In this document: piece after piece, positions 40,001 through 49,649 of the stretch
Position numbering within the stretch: the first letter of the stretch is position 1
Layout: each line of letters opens with the position of its first letter
Origin: Raillietiella orientalis
Lineage: Eukaryota
NCBI GenBank assembly: GCA_036172245.1
Contig: JAYWIR010000003.1
Coordinates: 2,976,001 to 3,040,000 of the forward strand
Length of the DNA stretch: 64,000 bases
Direction: 5' to 3'
Notes under the pieces: model-generated
What the model was told of the DNA's origin: nothing
Databases searched by the model: none
The model's input: the letters and a program-made list of their open reading frames with translations, nothing else
Made by a program: the position numbers and the translations under genes

Positions 40001-43000
40001 CCAGAAGGAAGCGACGCGCCATCCACCCACTTACCACCCACCCATTTACCTACACACACATACACAAAGAACCAAACATATGTCGTGAAAGAAACATGGC
40101 ACCTGCGCGAACTGCACGAAGGCTGCTCCGAAGTACGTGATCGTTGAGACGACAAGCATCCTCTTCTGGAATCTGCCGAACCCATCCACGTGAGGCAGAA
40201 TGTCCTCAAAGTCCCGTATGTGTCCCTCCTGGGCATCCGGCTGCTCCATCCCTGTCCTGGACGAAAGCGAAAATGAGGCGAATTCTATGGGGCTCATGAG
40301 GAACACTTTGCAAAAATAGCCTTTCGAGGAACAGTGCGGACGTTTCCCTCTCCAGCGGAAAGTGACTTCTCTGTGTGTGTGTGTTTTCGTTTCTCTTTTT
40401 GCTTTGCTGCCGTCTCGGAGATGCTGCTCGAAGGAGCGTCTCGCGGGGCACCGCCGCAACAATGCCGTGACGGACTTCCGGCCGCCATTCGCCGCGGCAG
40501 GTGGGGCGCGCGAAAAGGGTGCGCGCTTTTCTCTTTTTGAGACAGGAAAAAAGAGAAAGAAAAACCTCGTCTTGGTGCGGATTGCATTGTGCTGAGCAGA
40601 ACAGGAAGCCGCCGTTCCATATTTGGATCCAAGACAAACACCTGCGCAGGAGGATTAAAATAACCCGTTTCTAAGCGTAATTCGCCCTTTCTTCTTCTTA
40701 TGTTTTTTTCTTCTTGTGCGTTTATTTTGGTACCCCGGAGAGGCAGCAGTCTCTCCCGCGCTGCTCGCACCCATTCGAACCGCCCAGCCTTGCAACGCCG
40801 ACCTGGCGACCCGATGGGACACGCTCGCTCCACCACCGGTCCGATTTGCAGTGGCTGCTGGCAACCCTGCACGTCCAGAGAGAAGCTCACGCTTCCTTGT
40901 GTGCCGTCCGACACGCTAACCTTTTTTGCGAATCGTCAGGGCACAGCAGGTGCACGTGCTCGCGCTGCAGGCAGCAGCAGCAGCAGCAGCAGCCCTTTGC
41001 CAGAAGGAAAGGCGCGCACGCAAACGCCCGCGAGGCAAAACGGGAGGGGGTGCCACGCGCACGGCAGGCCGCGCGCGTTTCTCCCGAAGGATGCAGCAGC
41101 TGCAGCCGCCTGCGCACGGGAGACGAGTTGCGCGCGTCCGCGCGTGCAGTTCAGTCAGAGAAACCACTCATCGGACAGCCTTTCGTACCACGCACTCTTT
41201 CGCTCGCACGCAAGACTTACAGGCGAGGCAGCACCGCTCCTGCACGTGCGCCGCCGGGATGCTGTCGTGCGATCGGGACCACGCGTTTCCATGGAATCCG
41301 GCACGGAAGGAAGAGCAGCTTCCAGCAACAAGCGCGTGCTACGATCCTTAACCGCCGTTCTTCGGAGCAGGCGGGCGTCGGAAGACCCTCTCGCCACGTG
41401 ACCTCGGGCAGACCGAGAGCGGGCAGACCACACGACTGGTGGAACGCAAACGAGGGCTCCGCTGAGCGAAAGCAAAGAGTAGCGCGCGCGCGCGCTCTTC
41501 GCCGACCATCCGACGGGCAGCATCGCCGAGTGGATTCAGCAGGGGATCGCGTGGAGAGGGAAAAGCGGGAGAGCTGCCGCAGCCCGGAGTGGACCGCGAC
41601 AAGCCAGGGTGCGCCTCGTGCGTTCGGGGATGACGCGACCGCACCCCCGACCCAAAATGGCACACCGTCCGGAAGAGTGAGTGGCATTTCGTTGGAATCC
41701 TGCGGAGAAGGGTGGTCGCGTTTCGACCCGTTCCCAGGCGAGGAAAAAGACCACCCACCCGGGCAGAGAGAACAGCCAGGGGGCGCAGCGGATGCCTGAG
41801 CGTTCGCTGGGAGGCCTTCTGCCCTCCTACACGTGCACCTCGCATCCCAACTCACCTCCAATCGCCACCTTTTCCGTGGACACCCCCCTGACCCCTAGTG
41901 AATGCGCGTGCCTGCAGTACCTTCCGTTCATCTTGTTCGCCGATTTCCGCATGGCACTGGACCTTTCACATGCCGGCGGCGCCTGTCCCTCGGTCGCGGC
42001 TTCTGGGCGAGCACCCGCAGCTTTTCCTGCAGCGAGGCGGTGGCAGCAAGCAAGAAATCGGTTGCGATCTTGCATTCTTGTGGCTGCCTCTTCGCTGCTC
42101 CAGCATCCTCCTGCAGCCGAGCCCCTCGCCTTCCAGCCCAGCTTCGACGCGAGCCCAGCGCGCGAGTCGTGCGGGTGCGCCGATGCAGCAGCAGCACACT
42201 GCAAGCAACCAACGGCCGATGTCTCTCCGCGGGGCGCCTGCCGAACAACACTCACGCAATTGCTCGATGGTGCGTTCGCTGCTCAGGGACCAGGCCGACT
42301 GCCCCACGGAGAATATATCCCGAGGCAATCCTTCCCGCTGGGCGATGCCCCGATTGCGTGTCCGAGGGATGCTGCTGGCCAAAAAGCGCACGCACGGGGC
42401 ACACGGACAAAGTGCGATGCTCGTCAGCTGTCCGTCGCAGCCCAGCCGGAGCACCTTTTAAATAACGCTAGGTGACGAACCCGCACCCAATCGATCGGGA
42501 TCTATTTCTCACGCTGCTGCATCTTCGGGTGATGCAATCCCTTACCTCCCTGTATCAGCTGGAGCGCTAAGCCATCGTTGCATCACAGCCCCCGTGGACA
42601 GCTGATACGGCTCGCTATCAAATGTTGACATTCTCTGGCAGGCTGCTTTCCTTCCCTCACGCTGCACCTTCCTTCCGTCGGTGGCGTGCGCAAATGGGTT
42701 GCGCTAACGGCGAAAATGGGGAAGCCAACACTTCCGCAGACGAGGCGTGGACCAGGAGGTCCGTCGCACGGAGCGCGCATCCGCCCCTACGTGGACGATT
42801 CCGAGCAACGCCTCGCGTCTTCTTCTCGGTCGGTGCATCCTCTTCGCTCCCGTTGCGAATCGAATGCAGCCAGGATCCATAAAGTGTTGGCCTACGGGCG
42901 TTGAGCGAAGAGCAGCCGCAACGCGTGCTGCTCTTCGCCGAAACAAAGAAACGAGAAGGCGACACGCCGGTGCTTGTCCGAAGAGGAACGCGTGGTGTGT

Positions 43001-44863
43001 GGCAACACGTGCGAGCACACGTGTTGCCACACACCACGGCGAGATGGTGCTGGGGTGACGAATGCGCCTTCCGGTGCGGAGGGAAATCTCCCGTGAGAAC
43101 GGCATCCCGATGTCCAGCAAGATGTCCCTCGTCGCGCCCACCTCTGCCCGGAACGAGCGCATGCGGGCGAGCACAGCGCGGCGGACTCGCCCAGCAACGG
43201 CAGCGCCATAGCGCACCTATTCCGCACAGAGTCCCAACGAACCCAACGGGAGAAGGAAGAGGCTCGGCTCCCGACACTCGACAGGTCGAAGGCACCAACG
43301 CGCACCTTCGCCGTCACCCGCGCTCCCGCTGTTCCATCCTTTGCAGCTGTCCCGACAGCGTCGACAGAGAACGCCTCGGCCGGACTGCACTCCACAGACA
43401 CACCTAAGGCCCACCGACACGTACGACGGACCCACGCACCCGCGGCTGCTACACGGCACGTGCCCTCTTCCGCTCGATCCCGTCTTCCTGACTTCCGTGC
43501 CGGCAGACGTACTGCAACAACCCCCCCTCCCTCCACACGCGTCACGAAATCCGGAGCAGCCGTCCTCCGTCGAATCACCTCCTTCCCACGTAACCAAAAT
43601 GCACCCACGAGGTCACCACGAGAGAGAGCCGGCAGCGCCCACGATCACAGCTGCTGTCCAACCAGCAGCACCCGAACTTCCTGTCGCGCGCGCCACAGGT
43701 CCGTGGACGCCGCCCACGCGGATCCCCCTCCTAGCCCATCTTGGCGCACCGACGGGCCAGCGGAAGACGACCACGACGCCAGCCGCATGCACGCGCCCCG
43801 AGCGCCTGGCCACCGCGCACGCACGTCTTCCGCGCCTTGGCGCCGCCCTCCGGCACGGTACTTGGCGATGGAACGCGCGTGCGCACGTCATCATGGCCAA
43901 GTACCGTGCGTCGCCGCGCGCCGTCCCGACTTCTCGTGCCCTGAGCCACGGTCGCGCCCGTGGCGTTCCACTGCAGCCACGTTGCGTCCACGGACAGGGA
44001 GCCAACAGCGGGTGCTTTGCGAAAGGAAGAGCAGTTGTCTCTTCTGCGAAAAGTCCACTGCTGGTTCCCATCCCACTGCAAGCGGGATGGGAGTTGGTAC
44101 GTGGCGTTGCTGCCGCTGCTGCTGTCGGCGTGCCTGCCGCCGGGGACTGCCAAATAGAGTGGTTGCTGCGCAGGCGTGGCCGGCCCATGGGGATGCATTG
44201 GTATACAGAGGAAGTGGCAAGCGACCGTGCGCTCGCTGTTTCTGCACTCTTTCAGCTTCCCGAGGCTTGCGTTGTTCAGCTCGTTGGCGGCGCACGCTCG
44301 GCGCTTGGCGGAGACGCGGCGGCAACGAGGCGAGTTGGCCACCCCCGCGATCGCTTCCCGCCACTTTCGCACAGGCACAGGGAAACGGGCGCGAGCGAGC
44401 CAAGGCTGGCCCGCGACTGACCGACCCCTTGGGCACGCACGGTCCACGTGGAAGGATGTGCTCGCGAAAGGGGCGCCATCCGCGAGTGGCAGCCTGTTGC
44501 CCAGGCTCGGCCTCCGCTGGCGCTGCTCAGCGTTCGTCTTTCTTTGCATGTGCGACGAGCGAGCGGACGAGCACGACGACGACGAAGGGCACGTGCTTTT
44601 CGCCGTGGACAGCAGGCCGGAGATGGCAACGGCGGGCGCGCGCTCGTGTCACCGCCGTTGGGGCGTTTGCCCTGCGCAGTGAAAGGGCAGGCAGGAAGCA
44701 TTCAGCCCACAGAACGCGCAAGAAGGCGTGCGCGTTGCTGCCCGAGCGCACGAAACCAGGGGCAAGCAAGGGACGCGGAAACGCCACCCTCTTCCCGCGG
44801 AAGAGCTTCCTCGGCGAATCGTAGCGACGCAGCGCTCATCTCAGCCCAGGCAGCATCCGTGTG
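31098..44863 (-). repeat. Palindrome 2, right arm (~13.8 kb)
   Basis: Reverse complement of 15299-28707. Outer junction after cagcatccgtgtg (44863); inner junction at gggagggaaaccgcgg (~31098). Confidence 0.98.
34042..40249 (-). CDS. SLC22-family transporter, copy B; exons 40249-40103, 38743-38616, 38571-38409, 38296-38038, 36734-36436, 36381-36275, 35277-35063, 34804-34623, 34425-34042
   Basis: Mirror of copy A with the same splice sites and an open frame. Differs at 8 TM residues and in the C-terminal tail. Confidence 0.93.
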
Positions 44864-45840
44864 TTTTTTATGGGAAACGCTGCACTCCGTGTGCACGTCG
44901 AACATCGCTAACATCCTTGACTGGAATATTAAGGAAACTGGTGATTTCTGTCGCGCTGCTTTTCAGGACACGTTTGCTGTTGGCTCTTCCTTGTTCGAAT
45001 TCAGGAAAGAGTGCAAATCCCGAAATGATAGTACTGCGATGCCGAGCCCTTCGTTTCCGTCTATGCAGAAGGTCCCGCGAAATTGTGTAGCCTCGACCGC
45101 AGATTCCTTGTAGTCGTGTGGTGATGCTCCGTAGTTCGAACAAAATGGCGATGCCACAGCAGGTGGTTCTGAGCTATGCGAAGCCACTCTTGATCCCGAA
45201 TCCAAGTGGGCGCCGACTTCGTGCACCACCAACTATTAGTTGAGTGGACCCAAACTGCTGCAGGCGCGGGGAACGGGAGCCCATCCCGCACCGGCTCGTA
45301 GACTGTGTTGCTCTCCGGTCCCTGTGGTTGCTATCCGCAGCGGCCCTAGGTGCACAAACGGACAATCCCAGAGATGTGTTCAAGTGCCTCTTCGTGCGCG
45401 ATGGCCCTTTCTCCTGCTGCAGCCCTAGCAGCTCTTTGCTGCTACCTACGCGGGATTGTGGCGGCCTGGAGCTACTCGAGAGAAGGAGGGCAGGAGGGCA
45501 CGATAGGGATGTCATCTGCTTCTCCCTGCGCTTCCTGAGGACGGCAGCAAGATGTTCCCATTTTGAACATAAACACAAGGAACTTTCAGGCGTCCTGGAA
45601 AGGATGCAGAGGACGCCTTCCAGCAACCTATGATCCCTTCTCCAACCCACTCAATTTTTTTTATGTAGTTTTTTTGTTTTATTTTTATTTTTTTTTGCTC
45701 TCCTCGCCGAGGCGAATTTCGCCGGCCTGCGTGCTGGTGACTCGGCTTGTTCCGAGCATTCTCGGACGTTGTAGGGCCGATGGCCCTACGCAAGATTGTT
45801 TATTTTCATAAACGCCCCGGCACACCCGGGTACGAAACCA
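44864..45840 (+). mobile_element. 3' end of an L1/Tx1-like LINE (zf-RVT region plus T-rich 3' UTR with hairpins), abutting the outer end of palindrome 2
   Basis: DPNCCRRGEREPIPHRLVDCVALRSLW zinc-finger remnant; homologous to ~53600-54220. Confidence 0.65.
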
Positions 45841-46249
45841 ACAGCTAGTAGAGAAATCGTGGCGACGTGCGGTGCTGAAGTGAGGTGGGTGTGGTGCATG
45901 CCTGCCCGGGGACTCCTCCCTACAGGCACGACGCCGAGGAGCGTTCACGAGTCGCTAAAGGACGCGCGTGGGGCTCAGCTCGGGACCTCCTCAGCCGACG
46001 GAGGCGCAGAGCGCGCAGGAAGTCAGGAAGCAGGCGGCACGGCCAGCCGCGAGAGGCTGCAAGACGAACTCGGTCCCGCCGAAAGGACCCTGCGGACGAT
46101 TCTTCGCGGCAGCGTTGGCCCCTTCGCGGCTGCTCCGGCCCGCCATGAGGAGGAACGACGGCCTGACGTGACTGGCGGGGAGGCGCGAGGTCGCCGATCG
46201 CTCGAGAATTCTGCCGCGTGGCGCTTCCCTGAGACGTGTAGCCGTTTCG

Positions 46250-47170
46250 GGGCGACCTCTGGTGCCGCGGGCTGAGCTGCGGGATCACCCGCGTCGCTCG
46301 TCGGACGGCCCGGTGCGTTCCTGAGGAGGATCGCCAGGAGTTGCGCGCGCGGACTCAGGCGAGCAGGCGGCCGGTTGGCATACGACAGGGGTCGACCATG
46401 TCTGCGTCCGCAGTCGGGAAAGGAGAGAGAGTGGCGTCCCGTGGTCGGATTTTCGCCTCGCCCTCCGAGGGCACCCAGCAGCGCGTGCACGTGTGCGTCG
46501 GCTGGCCGCGTGCACCAGCGGCGCCCTGCACCCGGCATGAAGACGGCCAGAAGCAGATATGGAGGGCAGAGTTTCGTGCCGCTGCCTGCATATCTGAGCA
46601 GCGCGGCATCCTGGCGGAGGCTACGCCTGAAGCGAGAAACGCCACGAAGACAGTGCGGCGAACCTACTGGTTTCCGCCTCGGTGCGAGCTGCCAGCAGGC
46701 GGCCCAGAAGGGGATCCATGAGTCAGGTCCCCCTGCCCAAGTGGTGCGCATGCGGGCCACCACAAGGTGCCTCATCTTTCCCGCACAGCACGGTGGGGAG
46801 GCTCGCCGACTCGAGCATCCTCCGGATAACGCCATTCTGACGAACCGACGTGCCGAAGGCGGCCGGCAGGGACAAGAACTCGCAGAAAACTTGCACCGGA
46901 TCATTCCCCTGCTCACATCCGTAAAGGGAAAAGGTTGTAACGGCAAAGCCGTTGACATGGCAACGAGTTGGTAGGAGGCGTTTTCGACCGCTTCGGGCGA
47001 CGAGGTGCTCCGTCCGGTACCGCTGGAACGCCGCCTGCAGCTCCGTGGACGTCTCTGTCTCCAACGAAGGTGCGTTCCAGAGGTCGTTGCATGCACGCAG
47101 TTCCGAAGAGAGGGGGGGAATAGACGAGATGGTCACCGAGAGGCTCCGGATCGTTCGTCCTGAAGAGCGA
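46250..47170 (-). mobile_element. Probable decayed LINE APE-endonuclease region
   Basis: GRKRLLPTRCHVNGFAVTTFSLYG resembles the GR.L........N.YAP segment of APE-type endonucleases. Frameshifted. Confidence 0.4.
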
Positions 47171-47173
47171 ACG

Positions 47174-49115
47174 CAGCAGGCAGTGGCAGGACTGCTGTTC
47201 CTGCCATTTCCGAAAGCACTTGGACCAGCGAGATCCGCCTTGGAAACGGAATGGAGACGAATAGGCAATGAGGGAAGCAAATCGAAATAAATGAAAAAAA
47301 TAGGAAACGGGAGGATTGGTCGAGAGGATTCGGGAAGGGATGAGATTCTTGTGGTAAACGTTCTCCTCGCCTCCTGAAGGATGCCGGCAAGTTCCTCCTG
47401 CGAGGCGATCCCCAAGGGGTCGGAGGACAGCACAGTCCAACAGCAGGTGCGGGAGGGTCTCCTCCTACCCAAGGCTGTCGCACCGAGCGTCCACCCTCCC
47501 TCCTACCCCGTGTCCGGTGATGAAGGCGCTCTTCGCATGGGATGTGCGAGTTGCTGCTGCATAGTTCGCAGGCAGGGCGCTCTTGTCGCGATCCTCAAGA
47601 AGAAGCGAGTGGAGTAACGGAAACGGGTGGCGTCTGTCGCCATAGTTTCTTTCGGCGGCTGCCCAGGCCCGCATCGGAGGCTTTGTGTTAAGGCTTCCGC
47701 GCGTGGCACCATGCGTCGCGGGTTCGAATCCTTCGTCAGATAACTTGACGCCATTGCGTGTTTGGGTTCCGAATTTCTCCTGCAACGGCGCTGGTTGGCC
47801 GAGTCATTCGGGCGTGGCCCCGGTGGTGGATAAAACCGGCGGCCTCCCGATGAAGGCCGGAACAATGGGAGTCGACCTTCGGGTCCTCCCAGGAATAAAA
47901 GGAGTGGGGAGTTCCCCCTCCGGTGTGCAGCGGAGAGTGGACCCCCGTCACCGGGGGACCGCCTCCGGTTTCAAGATGGAGCAGGAGCCCTCACGGGCAC
48001 CTCTCCAGTTGTTCAAAGGGGCGGACCCCCCTGTTGGGGGTCCCTCCGAGTCGTCGCCTCTTCACAGTGTGCACAAGGAAGCAAGCGAGAGAGATTCCCT
48101 GCGGGAAGCTGCAGCGCCCCTTCTGAGTTTCGGAAGCGTCCCTTCGGGGTTCTCTTCAGAGGAGTGAACAGGAGCGGTTCCCTTGCGGGTTCCCTCTGGA
48201 GAAGAAATTCCTGGAAGCGGATCCTTTCCGGGTTCCCTTCCAAGAAGTTGAAATGGAGAGGACCACCCCTCATTGCGGGGGGTGTCCCTCCGGAGAAAAT
48301 GAGGAAGGAGATTCCCTTCGGGGTTCTCCTTCGGAGGCAACCAGGGTGGGAGGTGCGATCCCCCCCGTCCGGGGGGGATCCCTCCCCAAGCGTGAGAGGA
48401 ACGGACTCCGAGCCCTTCCTGGATTCATAGGGCGGACCCCATCCCGGGGTGCCCCCTATCCTGAAGAATATTACACTGAAGAATTACACGGCCCCTCCTG
48501 CGGGTTGCCACGTTCAGGCGTGGAAACAAAACAGTGTGTTAATGTTTAAAAAGAGCCACGTGAGCGCCGCGAGGCACGCGACCGGCTCTGAGGTACTTAA
48601 CTCAGCAGACGGCTGCCAGCGTCAGCGCGTCGTCCTGCACGAGCGGGAGCTCTGGAACATCTCTGCGGTTGCGAATGGTTCTGGAAGGGGCCGAGGGTTC
48701 TGCCGGGGGACACTGTCCACCGGCAGGTGCGGTGCGCGAGGGATTCCCTGTCCCCTCACCTGCGGCAGTTCGGGTCCACCCTCCTCTCCCGTGTCCAGCG
48801 ATGCTGGCGGGCGTTTCCCTGGAAGACTCCGATGCAACGCCAGCAACGCCGACAGCTGTCGCTTCGAGAGAAGGGTGGCGGTGTCCATGGATACGGCGGG
48901 CGGCAGCAGATCTTGCAAGGGAATCTCCAGGAGCTGGGACTCAACGGATGATTGGTTTGGGTGGGGCACCTGTCCGCGCCTTCGTTAAGGTGATGTGCTG
49001 TGTGTCCACCAAGCGTTTTCTTCCTGTATGCTGCTTCTAAGGAAACGTCCCACTTCGTCGGTAGTCAAGTGCTGTTTCGCTCGCTCAGGGAGGGCAACAC
49101 TCTGGCGAGGGGGGC
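47174..49115 (-). mobile_element. Direct duplicate of the 10513-11539 LINE fragment, interrupted by a ~930-bp segment (47669-48598)
   Basis: Near-identical flanks on both sides of the extra segment, with scattered SNPs. Confidence 0.85.
47669..48555 (+). mobile_element. tRNA-headed SINE-like element with a hairpin-array body, copy 1
   Basis: Pol III B-box GGTTCGAATCC at 47721-47731, preceded by ccgcgcgtggcacc...gtcgcg shared with copy 2. Body homologous to ~62770-63245. Confidence 0.7.
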
Positions 49116-49500
49116 AGCGACAACCAGGAGGTAGCTGAGAACTTTTTGTCCGTATGCTGCTCGTTGACGGTAACCCATCCGATGGCGTTAGTACGTTTCC
49201 TGGGAGCATTGGCTGTTCCTGTGTGCCATTCGCTTTCTATTGCACTCGACTCGCCTCCTATTTGATTCTCACTTTGCCGTTTTTCTGGTCCCATGCTCCG
49301 AAGGCTTCTACAGCAAGAGCTCGTAGTGATGTGGGCACTCCTTTACTGGAGTTTCCATGCGTTGAAGAACGCTCAGGGCAAATGTAAGCTTCTTCCTCAT
49401 GTATCTATCAAAGAGTTCATGATCTGTGGAGATCCTGGACACTCCGTCGTCAAAAACTCAGGTTGCCTTTGATTGGCTTCCTACCGTCCACAGACTCCTT

Positions 49501-49600
49501 ATATTGCCTTCACCGGGAAGGGAGAATCCACAAGTTATAGATCTAGGCATATATTGCCTTCACCGGGAAGGGAGAATCCACAAGTTATAGATCTAGGCAT
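49501..49600. repeat. Exact 50-bp tandem duplication
   Basis: atattgccttcaccgggaagggagaatccacaagttatagatctaggcat x2. Confidence 0.97.
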
Positions 49601-49649
49601 GCTCCTGTCAAATTGCTATCCGTAGGTAAGGTTCGCATTTTCCTCTGTA

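Noticed and set aside
15299..44863. Palindrome 2 as a pure fold-back or amplification chimera
   Set aside because: Arm-specific intron cores, large indels and clustered frame-preserving coding changes argue for two real loci. Not fully excluded without reads.
4400..47100. Numerous long Arg/Ala/Pro-rich ORFs (up to 454 aa) in all six frames
   Set aside because: Expected in GC-rich, stop-poor sequence. They overlap each other, show no recognisable domains, and several change frame between near-identical arms.
48465..48545. Hammerhead or HDV-like ribozyme (CTGAAGA...GAAAC; ccc-tcctgc-ggg)
   Set aside because: Stem II does not directly follow the CUGANGA box, the required P1/P1.1 pairings are absent, and the core is not kept in copy 2.
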